From Gnetum montanum (Eukaryota > Plantae > Gnetophyta), in assembly GCA_015680685.1 (NCBI GenBank), contig MNCI01000596.1, positions 150,603-214,602 of the forward strand: a stretch of 64,000 nt of DNA. Direction: 5' to 3'. Each line of letters starts with the position of its first letter. The first letter of the stretch is position 1. The position numbers and the translations under genes were made by a program. Positions 25,701 through 35,499 of this stretch are shown piece by piece. The notes under the pieces are model-generated. The model had not been told where the DNA came from. It saw nothing but the letters and a program-made list of their open reading frames with translations, and ran no database searches.

Positions 25701-28700
25701 CATTTTCTTACAGAGAATTGGCTGCATTACAAACCTCTTTGGTGTTTTGCATGTTTTGAAGACGTTTGGACTTACTTACCCATCTCTTATGGTAAATTGA
25801 GGATGGAACAAGCAATGGAAGCCTGTGGCATCAAGGATGCAACCTTCTAGCTGTAGATGCAAGAGCTTAGAAGGAGGATTGAAGACAAATGTTTATCATC
25901 TTTTATGTTTATTATGTTTTGTGCCTTTGGCAGCCCCAAATCTCATAGATCTTGATGTATCTCATGTTCCTTGCATAATTGGAAATGCCTAGTCATAGAT
26001 TTGAGGTCTTAGAAGATGAATAAAGGACTCTCTGCCCTTGTATGGGCTTCTACTAGTCAAAATTCACAAATTGCACTTATTTCTATGTTTTCCTAACTAA
26101 GCGTTAGCAGGCTGCGTCCTGACCTCAAAATTGACAAATCACACTTATTTCTATGTTTTTGTGAGTGCTAGCAGGTTGCATCCTCACTTCAAAATTTACA
26201 AATCACACTTATTTCTATGTTTTCTTGATTGAGTGGTAGCAGGCTATGGCCTTGAGTCTTTGTCGTGCTTAGTTGTATTCTTAGAAACTTGTTTCAGGCA
26301 CTTGTGCTGACGTTGCACCCAAGTTGCACTCAAAACAGAGGACGTGCCCAACTCACGTCCAGGTCATGGTGTGTCTCACTTGTGGTAGACTTGCAACAGA
26401 AGTCAGTTTACTTTTAAGTTACAATTTTTATCAAACTGTGACTTGTGCTCAGTTGTGGTCTACTCACGACCCATTGTTTTTTCATGATAGAGCTCCACTG
26501 CAACTTGTGGTCCAATTGCTGTCAAGTTGCAATAATTGTTCAGGAGCATCCAACGTCTGATGCGACTTGTGATTAGGTTGCGACCAGAGAATTCAGTAAA
26601 GAAGGCAAGTATCAAGACCTGCAGTGCCATCGTGCAGTTGGCTTTGTAGGCATCCTCTGGCCCCAGGACATCCTCTGTTGTGCCCTTGGGCCCTCATGCG
26701 GATACTGCACCACTTCAACACATACGTCACTTATTGATTAAGGAATTTTATGAGTAAGGGAATGCGTATCTTTGAAAGTCAATTTGATGAACAGGTTAAA
26801 ACTCTTGCATTAATCTAAGTATCATTACTATAATCATTGCCTTTATTGTATCAATTTGAGGGACAAGTATGAAGCGTGCCATGTTGCGCAATGAATTTAG
26901 TGTGTTAGCTCAAGCTCTTTGCACATTCACGTAGGTATCTGCATTCTGTCATTTGATGTAAGCATCTCATTGGCCCACCTGTCCTATTATGACATAGTTT
27001 GTGGTTCTCTTCAATTTGGGTTGGCCCATTTGGGTAGGTAGGTGACTTGACGTTTTTATGGCATTGAAACCTGAGCGTGTACTTTTACCCTGCCTTGGAC
27101 TTGAACCCTTGAACCCAATGCTTTTTGATTTAACATTCTAACCATTACAAAGCTTACCTAATCATTATGTATTTGTTTCAACTTTCAAGGTGTGGCTAAT
27201 CATTAGTGTGCATAAAAAAAGCAGGGTATTAAATTAGTACTTGCAAATAATAGTCGTTCTTAAATAATGCTCTTCCTTGCTGCATTTATAAGTATCATCT
27301 TACAAAATAATTGTCCAAAAATGTGTCTGTTTCACTGAGGTTTAATTTGCTAAGATTATTTATCTCTATGTCTACATTGTCAGATATTTGCTTATGATTT
27401 CCCATGTACGTTTATTTCCCTGCAAGTTACGTGTAATCAGATATTATGTTATAACGTTGACTGTAATGAATTTATTTATTTTGATTGTACTTTATCTTAG
27501 GCAACAAATGTAAATCAGATGCTACTTAATAATATGAAAAGACTTTACGCACTGGGCAGGTGAGTTTGTCAGATTCGGGTGATGATACCATGATTGCTTT
27601 GAGGAAGATGTATACCATCATGAGTCCATGTTTAGAGACCTACAATCTTTGGCAGGTAACTACTTTGGTGATTATAATTGAAAATCCTAGTTAATGCTGC
27701 ATTTGAATTTCAGGATAAATTGGTATCAGCTTTGCACAATTACTACCATTCATAGTATGATTATAATTGAAAAGCCTTGTTAATGCGGTATTTGAATTTC
27801 AGGATAAAGTGACATCTATTGAATATCAACCCAGTGTGCTTAGGTATTGTATTTGCTGACAATCAAAGATAAAAAAATCTGGCAAACATTTTGTGTGTGG
27901 TTATTTTGTGAATGGGGTTCAGGGTAATTGGCATGCATAAAAACTATGAAGGATTTTTTTATTGCAAAATAATATAGCCATGCACAAAACTAAACAGAAA
28001 CACAATTATATCGAAACATAATAACACTTGTATAAGTCTATAAGCAATCTGGGTTCTGTAATAGACCATTGTCTATTATCCTTGGTTAAGTTCTGAAATT
28101 CCAAGGAAGTTCTGGTTGTACTCTAGATTCGTATTATTATTTCTGTCAAATTGTATGCAGAGTTTTAAAAGAAGCACATATCAATCTATTATATAATATA
28201 CATGTTTGTTATAAAGCATGATCTGATATAGGATTGGGGTTCATGTGTTGATAGAATAATACGTTAAACTCAGTTTGAAACTAATTAAACTATAATACTG
28301 TTTTGCCTAATAAATTCTCTGCATCCTTTTGGTCTAAGAACAGTAATAAATTTAAGTTCGATTTCAACTGAGTTTTATTAATTTTGTAATTTGAAATGCC
28401 GTTAACAAAACTCAATTTAACTTCTTTCATTTCAATTTTACTTTTGAAATGCTAGGATTTCATTTAATTTTAATTATTAAAATGAATGTGCAAATTTTAA
28501 TGCAGCTGGATGGACGACCAATGTCTGGGGATATTGGACGAGGTTCAACAAAAGATGCTGTAGATTTTGCTGCTCGCATAGCTGCAGATAAAAACCGTCC
28601 TCCAGGTAATCATATTTTTGAGAAAAAAGTATGTCCTTCAATTAAATAAAATTTCACATTTGTACCCTCCATAGCTTGCAGCTTATTTTTTTCAAGACTT

Positions 28701-31611
28701 TTCAAATCATACTAGATTCATCATCAGTTGTAATGGATTTCTCAAGGATTGGAGAGAAAATCAATAGCATTACTTTTGGCAGCGGCTAGTTGAGCTGATG
28801 TAGGTAAAGCTTAGTTTTAGACAATAAAAAGTGACTAGTTTTAGGAAAAGTATAATAGCTAGTTTTAAGGGAAAAAAAAAGATTAATAAAAAAATCAATA
28901 ACAAACAAAAAAGAAATAACGTAAATAACCTAGCTTAGTTATATATTTATAATATATATCTGTAATTTGGCTGAAAGAATCTTTTTTGTCTAACGAGGAA
29001 CATGAGTTGTTCATGTTTCACTGCAAAGTTGAGCTTGAGCATTATTCTGCAATATCATCATACTTTGGCAATGATGGCCAAGAATTCTCTTGCTAGATTT
29101 TAGTTCCCTATTTTGCAGTAGTTGTTGTGGGTCTGGGTGGCAATGGTGGCTGAGAATTCTTTAGTTGCATTTTAGTTGCCTTGATTTGCAGTTGGGGATC
29201 TGGCTATATCTGAATTATCTCCAAACCTTTCTTTTTCATAACCAACATCTTTCTTGGTGGATTTATCTTTTACATTCCAACGTTTAATCTGGTTTGCGGA
29301 TTCATACCCTTCTCTCCAATGTTTGATGTGTTGGTCAAGTGGAAGCACAAAAATTGCATAAAGAACTTGACAATGTAAGCTTTCTTGCGGAACATGTTGC
29401 ACCAGTATATATTTCTCAACTCCTATTTTTTATTTGCCAAAACATAATTTCTGCACTGATTAATTTTAGTTAAAATAGACTACCAATCTACTAGCTAGCA
29501 CTGAGTTATAAACTTCTATAAAACTTGGGGTGTATCTATGTTTTACTTATTTCAGGTTCCAACACCCCTAAAATAGGCTACCAAGCCAAGTGAGTAAAAT
29601 ATCCTTCATCTCAATTAACATTATTAAAATAAATATCCTTTATCTCAATTAACATTATTAAAATAAATTCTAGTTCTGATAATGTTAAAATGAATTCTGA
29701 TTTCAAGAGCTTCTCTAATTTTCTGATGTATAACGTTTTCATTTTTAGCTGGCCTTGAAACACCACTAAGAAAATTCAAGTTGCAATTCATAGCCTTCAA
29801 CATTCAACTTGAGGCAAGATTTCATTGTAAAATGTGAGATTGCAGTTGACAGGTTGCATTCTTGCATACTTCAACTTTTTGAGGCTAAAAAAATGCCTCA
29901 GAAGTTGTTATTGCCTCCAAGTAGAAAAAGTTATGTAATGTATGTATTTGGGCTTGGAATGCCTTGGAATTGCCAAATTTGGGTTTTCCATGGGTTTTAC
30001 ATTGGTCAAAGTGAAAAATATGCTGAAACCACCTGCAGCCAGCATAGTAATTGTTGGACTTTGATTTTCACAGCAAGTCCAGTGTAGTTTTCATGAGATC
30101 CAATGTATCTTTCCAATGCTAGCGTAGTTTTGGTGAAGGCAGCGTATTTTTCAAGGCCAACATACTTTCTATAGCACCTAGCATGTTTTTGATGGCCTTT
30201 GTGCATCAAACTTACCAAAATTGAAAAAATACGCTGGAATTGATAGTCTGCCACACCTGCAAATTGCAGCAATCTGTCAGCAATAAGGCAGAAAATTTGC
30301 GGCACCAAATTAGATACCAACAGTTTATTTAAACAAAGTTTCAACACATGCAAAAGACTTTTTGGACAAATCTGCAATTGGCTGAGCATAGAGACTCTTG
30401 GAGCATTGCAAGGCACCAAAGAGTCCAACATCACAACAACCATTTTTCAATATCCACCAAGCAGATTCAGCATCTGAGAAAGAGCTAGGAGCTGTTGGAG
30501 CAACACTTTGGACTTCGTGGATTGTGGAGCAGATTGCAGAACGCACTCTGCCAGTTTCACTAGGACTGCAACCATCTTCCACACAGCTCTTTGTGCATCT
30601 TAGGCATAAAACTTGCACTTCCTTGAACTTTTTGTATCTGCAACTATTTTATTATTTTAATAAAATTTGCAGTTCATTTGCTTTGTGTAAATTTATTTTC
30701 CTTTTTTCTCTCAGTTAAATGTGCATTTTTACATTAGATTCGTTTATAGCATTTTTACAAATTTTAAGTCTCTGGCTGATTGACAAGATCATCTAGAGTG
30801 CTTTGGATAATCTTCTTAGAGGCCTTTGCGATCTGAAGTTAAACTGTTCCACCTAGAATTTTTTGATTTCCAGCACCAAATTTTTCAGGCATTACAGTCC
30901 TGAGCTATTATTTCTTTTACCTGAAAATCATTTGAGGTGAGATTCTAGTGTATCTGTAATGTTGCAGGATTTCTTCAACTAGCAGGGGGCACAAATTTCT
31001 ATACTGCTAGTCTCATGAAAACTATTGGTCTTCTTCACACTACTACAGTCTCAGGTATATGGACTTTCAGTTGCCTATAAGTATTAGAAACCACAATAAA
31101 GTTTTTTTAGAATATCATTGTTTGTGTTACATTAATTACCTTCTGATACATTCAGAACGGTATGAATGCATATAAATTGATGTTATCTGGGATTTTTTAA
31201 AGATAAACAAATAAATAATTACACTTTCTAGCCTACAAGAATTAAAGAGCTTTGCTTTTTGCAGGCGTGGCGTTTGGTGGTTATGCAAGAAAGGTACATG
31301 CATCTGTAATTTTGATTTGCTTGACCACCATTTGCAAAGTTAAAAGCTATCCAACCGCGTCTGCCATTAGCAGAACAGCCAAAATCAGCCTTTTTTATGA
31401 TTTTTTTTTCAAATGTTTTGAATTGGGTGATAATAAATGATTTTAAAAATTTTTACAGATTGTGGGGAGAATACTTTACGAATTATCTATGAAGCAAGAT
31501 TCACCGGATGCATGGATTAAGATTGAAGAGCATCCTGCCTACTTGCTACAAGCATTACAAGCAGCACTCTCTTTGCTTAGTCCTTACAAATGCTATAGTT
31601 TACAACATTAG
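1473..31611 (+). CDS. ldpA: LdpA-family iron-sulfur protein, probably chloroplast-targeted; 12 exons join(1473..1727,1846..1894,2453..2620,3363..3499,3581..3647,24111..24201,24332..24401,27560..27655,28506..28605,30968..31054,31265..31293,31459..31611), 1302 nt, ~433 aa
   Basis: Manual splicing with GT-AG boundaries and consistent phases gives one open frame with LdpA hallmarks: WVKLICGASFED, VYTLAGVDCIDCAAD, PWVMISVNDDEDVHFRKA, CPPNCSRPCEALCP (CX3CX3CX3C), CYGCGRCIPVCP (CX2CX2CX3C), AIEIHT, LWQLDGRPMSGDIG, FLQLAGGTN, GVAFGGYARK. ~60 aa Ser/Ala/Arg-rich N-terminal extension resembles a transit peptide. Confidence 0.92.
1846..1894 (+). CDS. ldpA: LdpA-like exon 2 (DVVDIRNLSIVYTLAG)
   Basis: Acceptor ttgcag|GAC, donor G|gtaatt, phase 1 end. 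Confidence 0.9.
2453..2620 (+). CDS. ldpA: LdpA-like exon 3 (VDCIDCAADASVV...PWVMISVNDDEDVHFRKA)
   Basis: Acceptor tttgcag|TG, donor T|gtaggt; lies in ORF 2428..2736. Confidence 0.9.
3363..3499 (+). CDS. ldpA: LdpA-like exon 4 (first Fe-S motif, FDPEDCPPNCSRPCEALCPANAI)
   Basis: Acceptor ccag|AT, donor GAG|gtactt; lies in ORF 3326..3526. Confidence 0.9.
3581..3647 (+). CDS. ldpA: LdpA-like exon 5 (second Fe-S motif, GVIIDRCYGCGRCIPVCPYDLI)
   Basis: Acceptor ttgcag|GGA, donor A|gtatgt; ferredoxin-type CxxCxxCxxxCP. Confidence 0.92.
4230..4678 (+). repeat. 5' LTR of intronic Copia (449 bp)
   Basis: TGTTG...CAACA; ~87% identical to 23366-23810 over the first 200 bp counted. Confidence 0.9.
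4728..9771 (+). mobile_element. Non-autonomous Ty3/Gypsy element (CRM-like chromovirus) nested in the Copia
   Basis: 5'-truncated LTR 4728-5239 matches 9263-9771 (~89%); 3' LTR 8795-9771 follows PPT gaaggatgggagag; gag from ATG ~5309 with CFKCGEWGH knuckle ~6338; protease LIDGRAQENVI...PHLRPYKVHWL 6581-6868; integrase C-terminus (VWVHL...INDNAFEIDLP...VFNVS) ~8330-8500 and chromodomain-like EYLIHWE ~8657; no RT, RNase H or integrase core seen. Confidence 0.85.
13465..16055 (-). mobile_element. LTR-like fragment inside the Athila-like element, same family as solo LTR 32431-34746
   Basis: Collinear similarity over ~2.5 kb to 32487-34746, ending at the same terminus (gttgttacca vs gtttattaca). 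Strand inferred from minus-strand splice-donor-like motifs, uncertain. Confidence 0.8.
14435..14598. repeat. 84 bp tandem duplication within the LTR-like fragment
   Basis: ccttgtgattgagctc...ccctctctcct at 14435 and 14519; single copy at the homologous site ~33350-33425. Confidence 0.85.
18267..18332. repeat. 33 bp tandem duplication
   Basis: aggcttttgt[c/a]ctatgctatcgagatgttggta x2. Confidence 0.9.
22522..22602. repeat. 41 bp tandem duplication in Copia RT (frameshifting)
   Basis: aaagtattgcatcaattca[g/a]catg[g/a]ttttagtaaaacctg at 22522 and 22563. Confidence 0.9.
23366..23810 (+). repeat. 3' LTR of intronic Copia (445 bp)
   Basis: TCTTG (mutated TG)...CAACA, directly after the PPT. Confidence 0.9.
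24111..24201 (+). CDS. ldpA: LdpA-like exon 6 (SANSYVRNNVSVTELLLREDVHAIEIHTNA)
   Basis: Long polypyrimidine acceptor ttcttgccag|GT continuing phase 1 from exon 5; AIEIHT motif; donor TG|gtatgc. Confidence 0.9.
24332..24401 (+). CDS. ldpA: LdpA-like exon 7 (WHLDSFRELWTRISEAVQRLKLVA)
   Basis: Acceptor ttag|G in phase 2; donor GCA|gtaagt. Confidence 0.85.
24830..26030 (+). mobile_element. Degenerate LTR-like remnant(s) in LdpA intron 7; boundaries approximate
   Basis: Two TATA-like motifs with LTR-style purine/CT-rich follow-on (cctatataaggaagagg ~24886; gtataaatagaggggcacccc ~25216); no termini, TSD or coding domain identified. Confidence 0.4.
26058..26245. repeat. Tandem repeat, ~3 copies of a 64-68 bp unit
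   Basis: caaaatt.acaaat..cacttatttctatgtttt...tagcagg.t units at 26058, 26126, 26190. Confidence 0.85.
27560..27655 (+). CDS. ldpA: LdpA-like exon 8 (VSLSDSGDDTMIALRKMYTIMSPCLETYNLWQ)
   Basis: Acceptor gcag|GTG, donor CAG|gtaact; 96 nt phase 0-0; LWQ joins LDGRPMSGDIG of exon 9. Confidence 0.87.
27669..27809. repeat. ~52 bp direct repeat, 89 bp period, just after exon 8
   Basis: tgattataattgaaaa..ct.gttaatgc...atttgaatttcaggataaa at 27669 and 27758. Confidence 0.85.
28506..28605 (+). CDS. ldpA: LdpA-like exon 9 (LDGRPMSGDIGRGSTKDAVDFAARIAADKNRPP)
   Basis: Acceptor atgcag|CTG, donor G|gtaatc; conserved DGRPMSGDIG motif. Confidence 0.92.
29597..29668. repeat. 34 bp tandem duplication
   Basis: aaatatcctt[c/t]atctcaattaacattattaaaat x2. 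Confidence 0.85.
30200..30620 (+). mobile_element. Degenerate 3' end of an RTE-clade LINE ORF in LdpA intron 9
   Basis: Frameshifted reading IRW..DSLP..GRKFAAP[K]LRY..KQSFNTCK..LAEHRDSWSIARHQRV..DCGADCRTHSASFTR follows the RTE C-terminal pattern (LRW...RLP...GxRxxGxPKxRYKD...W..LAxDRxxWR plus terminal CxxC finger). Confidence 0.55.
30968..31054 (+). CDS. ldpA: LdpA-like exon 10 (GFLQLAGGTNFYTASLMKTIGLLHTTTVS)
   Basis: Acceptor ttgcag|GA, donor G|gtatat; QLAGGTN motif. Confidence 0.9.
31265..31293 (+). CDS. ldpA: LdpA-like exon 11 (GVAFGGYARK); 5' boundary less certain
   Basis: Acceptor tttttgcag|GC fits phase 1; donor AAG|gtacat. A weaker in-frame acceptor at 31249/31250 would add ALLFA; a stop at 31243 limits any extension. 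Confidence 0.78.
31459..31611 (+). CDS. ldpA: LdpA-like exon 12, terminal (IVGRILYELS...KIEEHPAYLLQALQAALSLLSPYKCYSLQH*)
   Basis: Acceptor ttttacag|ATT phase 0; TAG at 31609-31611. Confidence 0.88.
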   Translation: MVGRILYELSMKQDSPDAWIKIEEHPAYLLQALQAALSLLSPYKCYSLQH

Positions 31612-32169
31612 TGACTGCAGTAGTCCACGGCTTTCCCGGGTAAGAAATTTAATGCCATATGCAGTAAAAAGAGTTTGGATAGAAGTTCAGTTTGAAGATT
31701 GTTAATTTTGGAAATAGATGCTTCAAAGTATTTGGTTATCTTTCTCAAAATTTTAAATTATCGTTGATAGGATGGTAGGCTGTGAACCATGCAGCAGGAA
31801 AAAGAATAGAGGATGATTTCGAGGGTGTTTTATCGAAGGGTGATAGAAGTAAAACTCCTTCAGAGGGTGGTATTTGGTTTACAAGTTTTATCCCTAACAG
31901 GGCAAATCTACTAAATTGTTTCATCATGAAATGCTGTTGTACATCATTAAGGAGCCATTATTTTTAATGATAGTCAGGTATTAGTTTCTCAGGTTGAAAG
32001 GCTTGTGGGGACACTGCTACATTTGAAAGGTTCTGCAAAAGGCTTTTGCCCATCTACTAGCCCTCCCAGACCCGAGAACCCAGTTAGCATGATAAGCATT
32101 AAGCCTCCACGGAATTACCCTTTTTTATTTGCATCATTAACAAATGCTACTATACATTATTATGTCGGC

Positions 32170-32268
32170 AAGCAACAACTCTTTTCACGGGCCAGGCAAT
32201 ACATCATCGATTTATTATGCCAGGAAGCAACAACTTTTTTCACGGGCCAGCTAATACATCATCAATTT
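32170..32268. repeat. 55 bp-period direct repeat downstream of the LdpA stop
   Basis: aagcaacaact.ttttcacgggccag..aatacatcatc.attt at 32170 and 32225. Confidence 0.8.
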
Positions 32269-32430
32269 CTTACACAGTATTGGATGCAGCATAAGAAAAT
32301 GTTAAAATGTCGTTTTGTTTTGAGCTCTTCTGAGTAAAGTTTTAAAAAACATATAACCAAACGTGAAGTTTTTTTAAAATTCCAGTGTCTTCGTATGCAA
32401 TTAAAAAACTTGTGTCAGTTTTAATGCTAT

Positions 32431-34746
32431 TGTAACACCTATCCATTTGACACTCAAAGCCCCGACAAGCTGTCTGAAAATGCAAACTATTTAATTTACC
32501 AATAATAGAGTATAGAAAAATCACCTACATTTAACGGTCATAATTTAACATCACTAACATTTAATAACCATAAATTAACATTGTAGATTTCCTTGGATTC
32601 GTAGAAAGATAACAAAATCATACTTGATAAGGTACATAAATAAAAATCAAAATTCAAGCCAAGGATTAAACATTCAAGGGGATCATCAAACCAATTTTTT
32701 AGCCAAGAGCCAAGAATTTAACAATTTTGTAAATTTCAAAAAAATCACAAAATAGACATGGGGCCAGGTAACTCTCACTTTTTGTCGTCGGTGCCAATTT
32801 TCATCTAAGGAATCCTTGGCCTTTGTTGGCAAATTGTTATGGGTGTTTTTGAATTGCTACAAAAATAATTTTCATCCAAGTCATTTTAGATTGAGTGTAG
32901 AAGAGCGGTGGAGAGGTTCATCAACAAAATTAAGAATTCAGCAATTCAAAATCAAAACAACAAATCTTGTCAAAGTTGATTCTAACATAAAATGATTTTC
33001 AAGGCAAATAAATGAGAAGAGTTGAGACATTCAGATTATTGGCCAACATTGTCCATTACACATAGCAAGAGAAGGATTCATTTTACCTTCTTACTTAGAT
33101 ATCTTGGTTACCAAGAACAATTAATTACAATATTGGATAGTTGCAAGTTTCCTTTTTATTTGTTGATTTTTGTAGCAGCGACAATCTTTCCTTGTTGCAA
33201 TAGTCTTCTCTTCTTGTTGTTCATTTCAGCTATAATTTTCCTTTGTTGTTGTTTATCTTATCTTTCAGCCATCATCTTTTTGTTGTTTCTGTTCATTTGT
33301 TGTTCCAGCCACAGTTCTTTTGTTGTTGTTCATTTCCAGCTACGTCCATTGTGATTGAGCTCTCTTTTCTTTCCCTATGCACATAGACACTTTCCCTTTT
33401 TCTCCTTTGCCTTTCCCCTCTCTTCTCTCTTTATAATTGTTGGTAGAATTCAAGATATGATGAGTTGTTTTTTGTAACCAATTCTTTATTGAAAATTGTT
33501 CTACTTCTCTTTTTTTAGAAAAAGAAATGAGACTTTTTTCTGCATCACCTAGTCATGAGTTCAATTCTTTCCATGATCACTCTTAACAATTAATAAAAGT
33601 ATATTTTAACAAGTTACAGGCTCAATTCCCTTAGTTGCAACTTTCAATATTTTGAAACTCTAATTCTGCCAAGTCTTAGGTTCAATTTCTTTTGATCTCA
33701 CATAGTAGAAAACTAACAAACATAAAATATTAAAACATAATATCCATGTTTATTCGTTCTTTCTTTGGCAACATGTTATGTCACTATGCTTCATTTCCAG
33801 CAACATTTCTCTTAGAATTCAAGTCATAAGGTGCAATGGAAAAAATTTCAAAATGGCAATATGAAAATGTGCAAGTCCAAGACATAAAATCAAGTGAAAC
33901 ACCTTCGGGCTATCACCAATGCAAAAACTTCCATTTTATATTCATATTTTATCATCTCATTGTCTCATGATGCCTTGAAAGGTCATAGGACCTTTCTACA
34001 ACCATGAAATAGGTACTTATATCCTATTAACTAATGAAGCTTTAAAGAACAATGCATGAACAACTTACACAACACTCTACATGTTCATTATTTAAAATAA
34101 TATAACTATGATACACATAATATTCTTGATTTATAGGTAAGGTTCCTTCCACTTGATTCATTGATCAAGTTCCGCAACATGTGTATATGTATGTATGTTT
34201 AGAAAAATCATTCATACTAAGTGAAACATACCTTTTTCAACCCCTAAGCATAACATACAAAAATTGTTGTTTAATTTTTTTAAAAAAATTTGGTTGTTGA
34301 ATAATTAAAATTTAGAGTAACTCTTAGAGATAAGATGTCCAAAACTTACATGAATATACACCAAAACAAGTACATGAGATGCCCACATTGGTATATATAT
34401 ATAGTTCATGTACAAACTTTCTAACTCATTTTAGAAATCAATTCAAGTCACTAAGTCATGCTAACACATAAAAATAAAATCATAGTAACAACCTCATAAA
34501 TAATACAACATTTCAGCTTCATTTCTAGTGAGCATTTCTTTTGTTCATTTCATTAATCTGCTGAATCAATGGGTACAACGGACTTAGTATTTTGCATCTA
34601 ATATAATACATGACACAAATTAGCACAAGTACAAGAGTCATAAAATTTAGATGATTCTATAAATCAACACTATCCACGGACATCATTTAGCTAACAAACA
34701 TTACCATAAACTTAAGATGAAAATCTAAGAGGTTGAGTTTATTACA
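32431..34746 (-). mobile_element. Solo LTR (2316 bp)
   Basis: Termini TGTAAC...ATTACA; 5 bp TSD gctat/actat (4/5); no coding domains; homologous to 13465-16055. Strand uncertain. Confidence 0.8.
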
Positions 34747-35499
34747 ACTATCCATCTATGGTGATCATTTTCCCCCAATGGATAGCAATCATCTTTGCCC
34801 ATTTTATGGCTGCATGTTAAATCATTCAAACTACGTGTTAATGCATGGATTGTAGCTTGATATAATTTGACTACTCTGGTACACCCATGCTTTTTAGGTT
34901 AAAAAGTACCCCCTTCATATGGTCTTTGTATCACATATTGATTGGTTTTTCCTTGAATGCTCTATGTTAAGCTCTATGCTGAAACTGTACGATCTTGTTC
35001 AATAATGATAAATATAGCTTATGAATTGAATGACAAGAACAATGCTAAAATTTTATACCTTCTGTAGGAATTCAAATTTCAGCTGATAGGCTATAAAGTT
35101 TTGCATTAACCTTTTTTGGAAAGATGATGAAATCATGAGAGTTCCAAAAGTTTCTTTAAATTAAAAGGAATATTTGGATGAGTTTTCTATGTAGATTGGT
35201 TGTAAATTTACTTAATACTATTAAAAACATGATGAATTTTATAGCAACATGGGAATCCAGCCAGGAAATGTTACTGAACTATTAAAAAAAAAAACAAGAA
35301 AAATAATAACGATAGAATATACTAAAAATTCTGCTAAAAGTTTGCCGAGGATTTCTGTAGCTAGTACTCTCAAATTGCCATAAAGATCATTACACGGAAC
35401 CTTAATGTTCATATTCATTTTGATGTTCATATTCATCTTGCGCGGGTTAATAGATGAGTGAACGTCTAACCTCGAAGCTTCGAAACTAAGTTAAACAAA

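Noticed and set aside
26058-26245. Regularly spaced repeats as a CRISPR-like array
   Set aside because: The whole unit repeats with no unique spacers, the context is a eukaryotic intron, and no cas genes are present.
28780-29510. Possible DNA transposon/MITE with ORF 29172..29402 in intron 9
   Set aside because: No convincing terminal inverted repeats, TSD or transposase motif found.
30006-30718. ORFs 30006..30443(-), 30325..30618(-) and 30398..30718(+) as a nested gene
   Set aside because: No coherent domain or splice structure; better explained as a frameshifted RTE-like remnant.
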